Part shown: piece by piece, positions 1 through 9,209 of the stretch
How the letters are laid out: each line of letters begins with the position of its first letter
How positions within the stretch are numbered: the first letter of the stretch is position 1
DNA from: Nostoc sp. PCC 7120 = FACHB-418
Lineage (GTDB): Bacteria > Cyanobacteriota > Cyanobacteriia > Cyanobacteriales > Nostocaceae
Reading direction: 5' to 3'
Length of the DNA: 32,000 nucleotides
NCBI RefSeq assembly: GCF_000009705.1
Contig: NC_003272.1
Location: 5,850,001 to 5,882,000, forward strand
Position numbers and translations under genes: made by a program
Notes under the pieces: generated by a model
The model's input: the letters and a program-made list of their open reading frames with translations, nothing else
Database searches by the model: none
Told to the model about the DNA's origin: nothing

Positions 1-142
1 CTTGTCAAAGTTGAGAGAAAACACGGAGGACAAGTATGTACATAGAAAATATAAACATTTGGTTTGATTTTTGTCTAAAATTAGCTATTTGTAGCGTGTT
101 CGCCAAAATTAAAGTACGATCATCAAAGCTTTTCTAGGTTAT

Positions 143-150
143 GCGATCGC
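143..150. repeat. HIP1 octamer GCGATCGC (first of at least 24 copies)
   Basis: Copies found by eye start at 143, 872, 2144, 4549, 4802, 5730, 5834, 7223, 8159, 17841, 18045, 19266, 19747, 20189, 22645, 23195, 25951, 26299, 26401, 26809, 26911, 28132, 28619 and 31768. HIP1 is the highly iterated palindrome characteristic of many cyanobacterial genomes. Confidence 0.9.
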
Positions 151-343
151 TAACGTAGCCTGATTCAGATAACATGATCAAAATAGGTCGAAAAAATTTT
201 CCATTGGGTTATGCGGATTTTAACTCAATATAGTTCTCATGTACTATTAAATCTTGTATTTTTAGGAATCAAATCAGATTCAGATATTTACCAATTATTA
301 ATCTAGATTAAGTATTTTACGAAAATTAATATATAGTCTCACT

Positions 344-1999
344 ATGTTTCAGAAGCTAGATATTAAATCAATATTTTTAAAATTGCTGCGTCTCCCATTT
401 AAACTGCTGCCATCTCAGTTAATTACTATCACAGTGGTACTAACTCTCGTATTATTTTTGCCACAAACATGGGTTACTTGGCAAGCTTACAATGATTTCA
501 ATAGTATTATCAAAAATGAATTAAGACTACAGAGTCTTAGTGAAAAAATTACTTATTATGATGAAGTTCTGACAATGTCAGCACGCATGAATGCTGTTAC
601 AGCTAATTCTATGTGGGAAAGAAGATATCGTCAATTTGAACCTTTATTAGATGCAGTAATTAAAGAATCTATTCAACTTGCGCCCGAAGTTTATAATAAT
701 CAAGATGCTAAGGAAACTGATTTGGCGAATAAACGTTTAGTGGAGATGGAATATCAGTCTTTTGATTTAGTAAGAAAAGGTCAATCATTAGCGGCGAGGT
801 CACTTTTATTAAGCTCAAAATATGAATCGGAGAAACGAAAGTACGCATCGGGTGTTAATAAAATAAATCAAGCGATCGCTACACTGATAGATGAAAGAAT
901 TTTAAAATATAAAATATATTTATTATGGTCAATTGGTGGCTCAGTTACTAGCTTGGCTTTTCTTATACCTTCATGGTTATTGGTATTACGTTTATTAAAA
1001 AATTATTTAAGAACCAGTAAAATAGCTCAAATAACACTAAGGGATCTCAATCATGAATTAGAGATGCGCGTAGAAAAAAGGGCAAGAGAGTTGCGATATA
1101 AAAATGATCAACTAACCCAAACATTACAAGAACTACAACAAACGCAACTTCAACTAATTCAAACTGAAAAAATGTCATCTTTGGGTGAGATGGTGGCTGG
1201 TATTGCCCATGAAATAAATAATCCGATTACTTTTGTTAAAAACAACGTTAGTTATGTCAAAGAATATTCTCAGGATTTATTAAATCTAATCCAGAGTTAC
1301 CAAGAGTATTATACCCAACCGCCTGATATTCTCCAAGCACAAATTAACGATATCGATTTAGAATTTATCCAAGAAGATTTTATCAAGATCCTCAACTCTA
1401 TAGAATATGGCACTGATAGAGTTGAGAAAATTGTTAAATCCCTACGTAATTTTTCTCGACTTGACGAAGCCGAAATTAAATCAGTCGATATTCATGAAGG
1501 AATTGATAGCACTTTGATGATTCTATCTCACCGATTGATAGCTATAGACAAACATCCAGAAATTTTGCTCATCAAAGAATATGCTTCATTACCATTGGTT
1601 GAATGTTATCCTGGTTTACTCAATCAGGTATTTATGAATATTCTTGTTAATGCCATAGATGCTTTACATGAATATAATTGGCAACGCACAGATGATGGAA
1701 TGAAGAATAGCCCTTCTATGATTCGGATTTGCACTCATCAAATTGATGAATCTTGGATACAAATTCGGATTATTGATAATGGTATAGGTATTCCAGAAAA
1801 TATTCGTGACAAATTGTTTAACCCATTTTTTACCACTAAGCCACTAGGTAAAGGTACGGGTATAGGATTATCAATTAGTTACCAGATTATTGTGGAGAAG
1901 CATACTGGAAAGCTGTATTGTAATTCTATTGAAGAACAAGGTACAGAATTTGTGATTGAAATTCCTATTATTCAGAATTTATCTAGATTCACGAATTAG
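344..1999 (+). CDS. membrane-anchored sensor histidine kinase
   Basis: 551-aa ORF. Two hydrophobic segments flank a putative sensor region, followed by a coiled coil. H-box AHEINNP, N-box NAIDA, G-boxes DNGIGI and GKGTGIGL, in HisKA then HATPase_c order. Confidence 0.9.
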   Translation: MFQKLDIKSIFLKLLRLPFKLLPSQLITITVVLTLVLFLPQTWVTWQAYNDFNSIIKNELRLQSLSEKITYYDEVLTMSARMNAVTANSMWERRYRQFEPLLDAVIKESIQLAPEVYNNQDAKETDLANKRLVEMEYQSFDLVRKGQSLAARSLLLSSKYESEKRKYASGVNKINQAIATLIDERILKYKIYLLWSIGGSVTSLAFLIPSWLLVLRLLKNYLRTSKIAQITLRDLNHELEMRVEKRARELRYKNDQLTQTLQELQQTQLQLIQTEKMSSLGEMVAGIAHEINNPITFVKNNVSYVKEYSQDLLNLIQSYQEYYTQPPDILQAQINDIDLEFIQEDFIKILNSIEYGTDRVEKIVKSLRNFSRLDEAEIKSVDIHEGIDSTLMILSHRLIAIDKHPEILLIKEYASLPLVECYPGLLNQVFMNILVNAIDALHEYNWQRTDDGMKNSPSMIRICTHQIDESWIQIRIIDNGIGIPENIRDKLFNPFFTTKPLGKGTGIGLSISYQIIVEKHTGKLYCNSIEEQGTEFVIEIPIIQNLSRFTN

Positions 2000-2101
2000 A
2001 TGTCGCTATTTAAAAATTGTCGCACTAGAAATAGGTGTCCCTGGGCTTTGGAGTTTTCGGACAAGTCTGATAATTTCTGGGCAAACTACTAGTAGAGACT
2101 G

Positions 2102-2740
2102 TTATGTTCCCGGACGAGAGCGAATATGATCGGGTATATGATGGCGATCGCCTAATATTTCTAATAAAGGGCCATTAACGTCAAATTTTACCATACTTAC
2201 CGACGCGACCAAAATATTCACCCGATAGCGATAGCGTCCCAAATCAATTCCTAGTAAGCTGCAAAGCATAATCCGAATCGTGGCTTTATGGGAAACTACT
2301 AAGACATTACCTTGGGGATATTTTTCCTGAATTTCCGCAATTACAGGCATAGAACGGTTTGCAATATCTACCGCCGTTTCTCCACCTATTGGTGCATTCC
2401 AAGCGGGTTCTGTCAACCATTTTACATAGTTTTGGGCGTAATTCTCTTGGGCAAAGGATTTACTTTTGGTTTCCCATTCGCCGTAACTACCTTCTCTAAG
2501 TCCGTCACGCAACCGCATTTCCATACCAATTGCATCACAAAATGGTTTGGCTGTGGCAATTGTGCGCTTCATCGGGCTAGCATAAACCGCTTCCCATTTC
2601 AGTTTTTGATAAACATCGGCAAAACTCTCTGCCATCTGCACCCCTTCAGAGGTCAAGTCTGCATCAGTTTTACCGCAGAAATTACCACTTTGACTAAAAG
2701 TAGTTTCTCCATGTCGCAGTAAATATAAATTGAGTGTCAT
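2102..2740 (-). CDS. histidine phosphatase family protein (phosphoglycerate mutase-like)
   Basis: 212-aa ORF starting MTLNLYLLRHGET, which contains the RHGE catalytic motif. A later SHKATIR histidine motif is typical of the PGM/cobC branch. Confidence 0.85.
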   Translation of the reverse strand: MTLNLYLLRHGETTFSQSGNFCGKTDADLTSEGVQMAESFADVYQKLKWEAVYASPMKRTIATAKPFCDAIGMEMRLRDGLREGSYGEWETKSKSFAQENYAQNYVKWLTEPAWNAPIGGETAVDIANRSMPVIAEIQEKYPQGNVLVVSHKATIRIMLCSLLGIDLGRYRYRVNILVASVSMVKFDVNGPLLEILGDRHHIPDHIRSRPGT

Positions 2741-2884
2741 ATGGGATAAAGGAGTCTGTGCAAAAATAAACTACCATCAATCTCACAATTGAGTATGTAA
2801 CAGCCGGACAAAGTAATCAACCAAAAAAGTCAATCAACCACAAACTTTTAATGTACAACAGCTTTTGCGACATTATTTTGTTAA

Positions 2885-2956
2885 AGCCAGCAGTCGGATT
2901 TGAACCGACGACCTTCCGATTACAAGTCGGATGCACTACCACTGTGCTATGCTGGC
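2885..2956 (-). tRNA. trnT: tRNA-Thr (anticodon UGU)
   Basis: The reverse complement folds as a 72-nt cloverleaf. Acceptor GCCAGCA/TGCTGGC, D arm GCAC-AGTGGTA-GTGC, anticodon arm TCCGA-CTTGTAA-TCGGA, 5-nt variable loop, T arm GTCGG-TTCAAAT-CCGAC, discriminator U. CCA is not encoded. Confidence 0.93.
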
Positions 2957-3241
2957 AACTCAGTAATTGCTTTAACGCACTTACCGATTTTTAATTATAT
3001 CACAAGTAATTTATTTGTCTACCTCTAGAGCAACTTAATTTGGCTTGGTGGAAGGGGATTGGCAAGAGGAAAAGAAGCCCTCCTTGTGAATTTACCTACC
3101 AAAAAACACAGAAATGGGTAATTCCTCATCAACTCCTTACGGGTAGGTGAGGGGGTTCTTTTTGTTCAGGGTAACTGTAGTTTTTTGCTTGACTGGGTAA
3201 AGGAAGAGAGATTTATAATTGTTATTTAACAGATAACAAGC

Positions 3242-4162
3242 ATGGCAGCATTGTTAGGACGAGATTTGTTAAGTCTGGCAGACTTGACTCCTACAGAACT
3301 TCAGGAACTTCTGCAATTGGCGACCCAATTGAAATCGCAACAGTTGAAGTTGCGGTGTAATAAAGTATTGGGTTTGTTATTTTCTAAGGCTTCAACTCGG
3401 ACACGAGTCAGTTTTACTGTGGCGATGTACCAACTGGGTGGACAAGTAATTGATCTCAATCCGAATGTGACTCAAGTTAGTCGGGGAGAACCAGTACAAG
3501 ATACTGCACGAGTATTAGAGCGATATTTGGATGTTTTGGCAATTCGCACTTTTGAACAGCAGGAGTTAGCAACTTTTGCTGAGTATGCGAAAATTCCTGT
3601 AATTAATGCACTCACTGATTTAGAACATCCTTGCCAGATATTAGCGGATTTATTAACTGTGCAAGAATGTTTTGACTCAATTTCTGGGCTAACTTTGACC
3701 TATGTTGGTGATGGCAATAATGTCGCCAATTCTTTGATGCTTGGCTGTGCTTTGGCGGGGATGAATGTGAGAATTGCCACTCCTAGCGGATATGAACCAA
3801 ATCCGCAAGTTGTCGCACAAGCACAAGCAATAGCTGATGGGAAAACGGAAATCCTCCTAACTAATGACCCAGACTTAGCAACCAAAGGTGCATCGGTACT
3901 TTACACTGATGTTTGGGCGAGTATGGGACAAGAAGCAGAAGCAGACGATCGCTTTCCTATTTTCCAACCTTATCAAATTTCTGAGCAGTTATTAAGTCTG
4001 GCTGAACCAAATGCAATTGTTTTACATTGCTTACCAGCCCATCGTGGTGAAGAGATTACAGAAGAAGTAATCGAAGGTTCTCAATCACGAGTTTGGCAAC
4101 AAGCGGAAAATCGATTGCACGTTCAAAAAGCTTTGCTTGCTAGTATCTTAGGGGCAGAGTGA
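3242..4162 (+). CDS. argF: ornithine carbamoyltransferase
   Basis: 306-aa ORF with the carbamoyl-phosphate motif STRTRVSF, HPCQ, the ornithine-binding DVWASMG region, and HCLPA. The length is typical of anabolic OTCase. Confidence 0.93.
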   Translation: MAALLGRDLLSLADLTPTELQELLQLATQLKSQQLKLRCNKVLGLLFSKASTRTRVSFTVAMYQLGGQVIDLNPNVTQVSRGEPVQDTARVLERYLDVLAIRTFEQQELATFAEYAKIPVINALTDLEHPCQILADLLTVQECFDSISGLTLTYVGDGNNVANSLMLGCALAGMNVRIATPSGYEPNPQVVAQAQAIADGKTEILLTNDPDLATKGASVLYTDVWASMGQEAEADDRFPIFQPYQISEQLLSLAEPNAIVLHCLPAHRGEEITEEVIEGSQSRVWQQAENRLHVQKALLASILGAE

Positions 4163-4182
4163 ACGGTTAAAGGTCGAAAATA

Positions 4183-4240
4183 AAAAGGCAAAAGAACAGT
4201 AACTTATGTTTCTTTTGCCTTTTAAATTTTTATTTTTATC
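4183..4240 (+). terminator. rho-independent terminator downstream of argF
   Basis: Perfect 14-bp inverted repeat AAAAGGCAAAAGAA (4183-4196) / TTCTTTTGCCTTTT (4210-4223), followed by a T-rich tract AAATTTTTATTTTTAT. Confidence 0.7.
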
Positions 4241-4261
4241 TTGTTATTAGAGATATTTTGT

Positions 4262-4275
4262 AGTACTAATGTTCT
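4262..4275 (+). promoter_or_regulatory. cyanobacterial LexA box upstream of lexA
   Basis: AGTACTAATGTTCT fits the Anabaena-type LexA consensus RGTACNNNDGTWCB at every position. It lies 34 nt upstream of the lexA ATG. Confidence 0.7.
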
Positions 4276-4308
4276 AGGGACATTTATATTTATCCTCCCT
4301 ATTATTTT

Positions 4309-4914
4309 ATGGAACGCCTAACAGAAGCGCAACAAGAACTTTATGAATGGCTGGCAGAATATATCCGTATTCACCAGCATTCGCCCTCAATTCGTCAGAT
4401 GATGCAGGCGATGAATTTAAAATCACCTGCACCTATCCAAAGTCGTTTAGAACATTTACGCACGAAAGGATACATTGAATGGACTGAAGGTAAAGCCCGA
4501 ACAATTCGAGTTTTACAACCTATTAAGCAAGGTGTGCCGGTTTTGGGAGCGATCGCCGCAGGTGGTTTAATAGAACCATTCACTGATGCTGTCGAGCATA
4601 TCGACTTTTCTAATTTCGTTTTACCTGCTCAAACTTATGCTTTGCGGGTAACTGGTGACAGCATGATTGAAGATTTAATTACCGATGGGGATTTGGTATT
4701 TTTGCGCCCAGTTCCCGAACCAGATCAATTAAAAAATGGTACTATCGTCGCTGCCAGAGTGGATGGTTATGGTAATACATTAAAACGTTTTTATCGAAGT
4801 GGCGATCGCATCACTCTTAAACCAGCCAACCCCAAATATAACCCCATTGAAGTTGCAGCCATACAGGTAGAGGTGCAAGGTTCTCTGGTTGGTGTGTGGC
4901 GCGGTTATATGTGA
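4309..4914 (+). CDS. lexA: LexA repressor (S24 peptidase)
   Basis: 201-aa ORF with an N-terminal winged HTH, an Ala-Gly cleavage region AIAAGG, catalytic Ser in VTGDSM, and Lys in NTLKRF. Confidence 0.9.
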   Translation: MERLTEAQQELYEWLAEYIRIHQHSPSIRQMMQAMNLKSPAPIQSRLEHLRTKGYIEWTEGKARTIRVLQPIKQGVPVLGAIAAGGLIEPFTDAVEHIDFSNFVLPAQTYALRVTGDSMIEDLITDGDLVFLRPVPEPDQLKNGTIVAARVDGYGNTLKRFYRSGDRITLKPANPKYNPIEVAAIQVEVQGSLVGVWRGYM

Positions 4915-5003
4915 ATGACTGGAGACTGGGGGGAGATGGGGAAGAATTTCACCTACCTTGTTTCCCTCATCCTTCTCATCTTGTCAATGTTCAATCCCTA
5001 GAA

Positions 5004-5027
5004 ATTTTGAATTTTGAATTTTGAATT
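5004..5027 (+). repeat. heptamer tandem repeat (ATTTTGA x3.4)
   Basis: ATTTTGA occurs at 5004-5010, 5011-5017 and 5018-5024, plus a partial ATT. It sits immediately upstream of the ATG at 5034. This is the STRR-style heptamer repeat class common in heterocystous cyanobacteria. Confidence 0.8.
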
Positions 5028-5033
5028 GGTATT

Positions 5034-6512
5034 ATGTACCTGAAGCAAGCACCAGTGCAGCAATTTCCTGCTTTCCGGCTCAAATTACCATTTGTCAGGG
5101 AAAGTCAAGGTAGTTATCAGACTCAGCCATTACCAGGGTGTCCTAGAATGCCGTTATCTGTGCAGTTGCGCCAGTATCAGCGTCAAGCTATGACTAACTG
5201 GTTTGCGAACAATGGCCGAGGAACGCTGAAGATGGCGACTGGTAGCGGGAAAACTATAACTGCACTGGCGATTACTTGCGAGTTATACCAGCAGATTAGC
5301 TTACAGGTGTTGTTGGTGGTGTGTCCCTATCGTCATTTGGTGACACAATGGGCGCGAGAATGCGAGAAGTTTAATTTACAACCGATATTAGCCTTTGAGA
5401 ATTTACGCAGTTGGCAAAGTCAACTTTCTACCCAACTTTACAATCTGCGTTCTGGTTCTCAAGGCTTTGTGACTGTGATTACTACCAATTCCACGTTAAT
5501 TGGGGATGGGTTCCAGTCACAACTCAAGTATTTTCCGGCTAAGACTTTAATTATTGGTGATGAAGCCCATAATTTAGGCGCACCTAAGTTAGAGGAAAGT
5601 TTACCCCGGCGGGTGGGTTTGCGACTGGCTTTATCGGCGACACCAGAAAGATATTTTGATGATGGTGGTACGCAATCTTTATTTGATTACTTCGGCCCAG
5701 TTTTACAACCAGAGTTTACTTTACGGGATGCGATCGCTCAAGGTGCTTTGGTGCATTATCTATATTATCCCATCTTAGTAGAGTTAACTGAGGCTGAAAG
5801 TATTGCTTACTTGAAACTAACTAAACGCATCGGGCGATCGCTATTATATAGAGAACGGAATAATGGCGAATCACCTAATTTTGAAGACAACGAAGATTTA
5901 AAGCCTTTATTAATGCAACGCGCTAGATTAATTGGTGCAGCAGCAAATAAACTCAAAGCTTTACGTCAATTAATGGCTACTCGCCGGGAAACCACTCACA
6001 CACTTTTTTATTGTAGTGATGGTTCATTAGAAACAGGACAGCGTTCATCACTCCATCAACTCAAAACTGTGGCGAAAATTCTGGGCGGAGAATTAGGGTA
6101 TAAGGTAAGTACATACACAGCGCAAACATCTTTACAAGAAAGAGAAGTTTTACGTCGTCAATTTGAAAGTGGCGCATTACAAGGTTTGGTGGCAATTCGC
6201 TGTTTAGATGAAGGGGTGGATATTCCGGCAATTCAAACTGCCGTGATTTTATCAAGTTCTGGTAATCCTCGTCAGTTTATTCAGCGACGGGGTAGGGTTT
6301 TACGTCCTCATCCTAGTAAGGAAAGGGCGACTATCTACGACATGATTGTTTTACCACCAGATTTGGATAGGGAAACCATAGAAGTTGAACGCAATTTGTT
6401 AAGAAAAGAGTTGCGGCGCTTTGTGGAGTTTGCCGATTTAGCTGATAATGCTGGAGAAGCTCGCATCAAGTTGCTGGATTTACAAAAGCGATATGGGTTA
6501 TTGGATGTTTAG
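5034..6512 (+). CDS. SF2 helicase/translocase, type III restriction res-subunit-like (candidate dnd-linked restriction helicase)
   Basis: 492-aa ORF. Motif I ATGSGKT, motif II DEAH (IIGDEAHNLG), motif III SATPER, motif VI QFIQRRGRVLR. No nuclease domain is visible. The start could instead be the internal Met (MPLSVQLRQYQ). Confidence 0.85.
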   Translation: MYLKQAPVQQFPAFRLKLPFVRESQGSYQTQPLPGCPRMPLSVQLRQYQRQAMTNWFANNGRGTLKMATGSGKTITALAITCELYQQISLQVLLVVCPYRHLVTQWARECEKFNLQPILAFENLRSWQSQLSTQLYNLRSGSQGFVTVITTNSTLIGDGFQSQLKYFPAKTLIIGDEAHNLGAPKLEESLPRRVGLRLALSATPERYFDDGGTQSLFDYFGPVLQPEFTLRDAIAQGALVHYLYYPILVELTEAESIAYLKLTKRIGRSLLYRERNNGESPNFEDNEDLKPLLMQRARLIGAAANKLKALRQLMATRRETTHTLFYCSDGSLETGQRSSLHQLKTVAKILGGELGYKVSTYTAQTSLQEREVLRRQFESGALQGLVAIRCLDEGVDIPAIQTAVILSSSGNPRQFIQRRGRVLRPHPSKERATIYDMIVLPPDLDRETIEVERNLLRKELRRFVEFADLADNAGEARIKLLDLQKRYGLLDV

Positions 6513-6833
6513 TCATTACTCATTCTTCTATTGTTAATTTTGTAAAATTTTGTTCACTGGCTGAAAATATTTGTAGTCAATATGCGAGAATAATATTGAT
6601 TATAATGGAATGTGAGTGAAATTTTTAAAACGACAAAAAATCCATCATGATCAATATTGAATTTATGTAATTAAGTATATCAGTAAACAGCACGGAAATA
6701 CGGTCATTTTTATCAAAAACATTTAAAATCTTCCGAGCATAATCCGCCTAAATTAAAGATAAGAGTAATAGTGGCTTTACTGAGGTGAAATCAACGATGC
6801 AGGGGGCTAAAATAAAGCATAACCTATTGCCCA

Positions 6834-7013
6834 ATGAAGATGTCTCAAGAGCAAAATATTGATGATGTTCAGGAGCCAATTATTAATGCACCGCCGGAGG
6901 TACGGCAAATTATTGAACGGGTATGGCATTTGGAAAAAAACAGACTAGATAAAAAAAGCAATAGCCCAATCAATGATGATATTTTGACAATTGTGAAGGA
7001 AGCGGTGCAATGA
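6834..7013 (+). CDS. 59-aa hypothetical protein, translationally coupled to the downstream ATPase
   Basis: This ORF is below the track cutoff. Translation: MKMSQEQNIDDVQEPIINAPPEVRQIIERVWHLEKNRLDKKSNSPINDDILTIVKEAVQ. Its TGA (7011-7013) overlaps the ATG (7010-7012) of the next gene as ATGA. No family recognised. Confidence 0.45.
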   Translation: MKMSQEQNIDDVQEPIINAPPEVRQIIERVWHLEKNRLDKKSNSPINDDILTIVKEAVQ

Positions 7014-9082
7014 AGCTGACTTCAATTAAACTATGCAATTTTCGCTCTTTTTATGGCAGAACACCGGAGATAGTTATCGCTGGGGGAGATGTTCTCAACA
7101 CTACGATAATTCATGGGAATAATGGCTCAGGTAAAACTAGTTTACTTAATGCCTTTACGTGGGTATTATATGAGAAGTTTAGTGCAGCTTTTGCCTCGAT
7201 AGAACAACTAGTTAATAAACGAGCGATCGCCGAAGCTAAACTTGGACAAGCTGTAGAATGTTGGGTAGAGATTAACTGGGAACACGAAGGTAAACGCTAC
7301 AACGTCAAACGCCAGTGTAAAGGCTATAAAAATAAAACCGACTTTGCCATAGGTAAAACAGAATTACTCATGCAGGTAGCTGGGGATGATGGTAGATGGT
7401 ATTACCCAAGCCAGCAACCAGAAGAAATCATTGGGCAGATTTTACCAGTTAGTTTACATCAATACTTTTTCTTTGACGGCGAACGCATAGAAGAAATCGT
7501 GCGTTCTGATAAAAAAGCGGAAATTGCTGAAGCTACTAAAATCTTTTTGGGTGTGGAAGTAATTAACCGTTCTATCAGACATTTGGGTGAAGCTAAAAAA
7601 AGTTTAGAAAATGAGTTAAAAGCAATTGGGGATTCCGAGATTAAGCAGCTTTTGCGTGAACAAGAGAAACTAGAACAAGAGATTGAACGCATTCACACCA
7701 GACAAACAGAAATTAAGCAAGAATTAGAATATCAGCAAACCTTTAAGAAAGAAACAGGTAACCGTTTACAAGAACTGAGTGCTGCTAAGGAATTGCAACA
7801 GAGACGACAAGAATTAGAAAATCAAAAAAACTCAAATCAAGAAAGCCTCAGACAAACTAGAGAAGCACTAAAAAAGATTATTTCCGCACGGGGTTACACA
7901 GTATTATTGTCAGATACTACAGCCCAATTTCGGACGATCATCAATCAACTTAAGCAACAAGGTGAATTAACTGCGGGAATTTCGCGGGAATTTATTCATG
8001 AATTATTAAAATCCCAACGCTGTATTTGTGGTGCAGACTTACATGAAGGTAATCATGCTCACACAAATGTGAGTCTCTGGTTAAATCAAGCAGGTTCCTC
8101 GGCTGTAGAAGAAACAGCAATTCGTATGAGCGCCCAAGTAGACGAAATCGATAAGCAAGCGATCGCATTTTGGGAAGAAGTTGATAAGGAACAAGCGAGA
8201 ATCAATCAGTTACGTCAAAATATATCTCAAGTTGAAAATGAATTAGAAACTATTCAAGAACGCTTACGCAAAGACGCTAACGAAGAAATTAGCAGTTTAC
8301 AAAAGCGGTTAGATGAGATTGAAAGTAAAATTGATGAATTAAATAGAGAACAAGGTGCAAATCAGCAAGAAATTTCTCATGTACAGGCTGATATTGATGC
8401 TTTAGTTAAACAAATTGCTAAACAAAAGCTCAATGAAGAAAAGCAGTTATTAGCTCAAAGACGGATTAACGCCACACAAGACGCAATTGAACGCTTAACA
8501 GAAGTCAGAAATCGGCAAGAAAATCAGTTTCGACTGCAATTAGAAAAGCGCTTGCAAGAGATATTTAACTCCGTATCTTTTACGCCTTATGTACCTAAAA
8601 TTAGCGATAAATATGAGTTAACTCTGGTAGAAAGTACATCAGGGATGGAAGCATCAGTTGCAGCCTCTACTGGTGAAAACCAAATTCTCAGTTTATCTTT
8701 TATTGCCAGTATTATTGATAAAGTCAGAGACTGGAGCGAAAAACGCAAAATCTTAACGGTACCTGATAGCAGTACTTTTCCCATCGTCATGGACTCACCA
8801 TTTGGGAGTTTAGATGAAACCTATCGTCGGCGCATTGCTCAAACATTACCTGAGTTGGCTAATCAGTTGATAGTGTTAGTAACAAAAACTCAATGGCGGG
8901 GAGAAGTGGAAACAGAGATGACAGATAGAATTGGTAGGGAATACGTGCTGACTTACTACTCTTCTAAGCCAGATTGTGAACAAGATTATATTGAATTGAG
9001 TGGGGGAAGATTTCCTTTGGTGAAACAAAGCCCGAATGAGTTTGAATATACTGAGGTGATAGTGGTAGAGAGGGAGTGGTGA
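7010..9082 (+). CDS. DndD-family SMC-like ABC ATPase (second paralogue, outside dndCDE)
   Basis: 690 aa. Walker A GNNGSGKT, FFFDGERIEE (compare FLFDGEQVKE in the canonical DndD here), and a long coiled coil with C338-I-C340-G at mid-length. Signature-like STGENQILSLSF and Walker B/D-loop IVMDSPFGSLD align with the DndD motifs LSAGEKQLLAIAF and VAIDTPLGRLD. Confidence 0.85.
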   Translation: MKLTSIKLCNFRSFYGRTPEIVIAGGDVLNTTIIHGNNGSGKTSLLNAFTWVLYEKFSAAFASIEQLVNKRAIAEAKLGQAVECWVEINWEHEGKRYNVKRQCKGYKNKTDFAIGKTELLMQVAGDDGRWYYPSQQPEEIIGQILPVSLHQYFFFDGERIEEIVRSDKKAEIAEATKIFLGVEVINRSIRHLGEAKKSLENELKAIGDSEIKQLLREQEKLEQEIERIHTRQTEIKQELEYQQTFKKETGNRLQELSAAKELQQRRQELENQKNSNQESLRQTREALKKIISARGYTVLLSDTTAQFRTIINQLKQQGELTAGISREFIHELLKSQRCICGADLHEGNHAHTNVSLWLNQAGSSAVEETAIRMSAQVDEIDKQAIAFWEEVDKEQARINQLRQNISQVENELETIQERLRKDANEEISSLQKRLDEIESKIDELNREQGANQQEISHVQADIDALVKQIAKQKLNEEKQLLAQRRINATQDAIERLTEVRNRQENQFRLQLEKRLQEIFNSVSFTPYVPKISDKYELTLVESTSGMEASVAASTGENQILSLSFIASIIDKVRDWSEKRKILTVPDSSTFPIVMDSPFGSLDETYRRRIAQTLPELANQLIVLVTKTQWRGEVETEMTDRIGREYVLTYYSSKPDCEQDYIELSGGRFPLVKQSPNEFEYTEVIVVEREW

Positions 9083-9209
9083 TATTCAGCACAATTTTGA
9101 GAGGTTATTTATAGCGATTCTTCGTGAAGATGGGTGCATAATTATTGTTTTTAAACGCGGAGGAGCGCGGAGAGTTTTTATTAGTGCATTTGAAAAAAAG
9201 GAGTTGGTT

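Noticed and set aside
2312-2722. 136-aa ORF on the plus strand
   Set aside because: It lies entirely antisense within the well-supported histidine-phosphatase gene and has Cys/Phe-rich, low-complexity shadow-frame composition. The same reasoning applies to the other antisense or embedded track ORFs: 3700-3885, 4395-4583, 6061-6255, 7459-7692, 8587-8790, 9637-9915, 10073-10321, 10594-10833, 10746-10934, 11644-11826, 13788-13997, 14537-14725, 15168-15350, 16562-16744, 18782-18973, 18874-19140, 19937-20281, 21520-21714, 21865-22155, 22256-22453, 22450-22713, 25493-25681, 25720-25902, 27508-27735, 31470-31652 and 31755-31994.
3219-3239. Inverted repeat TTGTTAT-N7-ATAACAA just upstream of the argF start as an attenuator or operator
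   Set aside because: It has only 7-bp arms in AT-rich DNA and matches no regulator motif I know (no NtcA GTA-N8-TAC). It is compatible with chance.
4917-4945. GACTGGAGACTGGGGGGAGATGGGG downstream of lexA as an STRR1 (CCCCAGT) array
   Set aside because: There are only about two degenerate units. That is too short to call a repeat array, so I note it only as weak support for a cyanobacterial origin.
2885-5033. tRNA-Thr as the integration site of the defence island
   Set aside because: Housekeeping argF and lexA lie between the tRNA and the first island gene. No integrase and no direct repeat of the tRNA 3' end were seen in the window.
6513-6833. 320-bp AT-rich spacer between the helicase gene and the 59-aa ORF as a possible ncRNA or extra small gene
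   Set aside because: It contains only short palindromes (for example TCAATATTGA) and a 21-codon ORF at 6797, with no convincing structure or terminator. It is more simply an internal promoter or UTR region.
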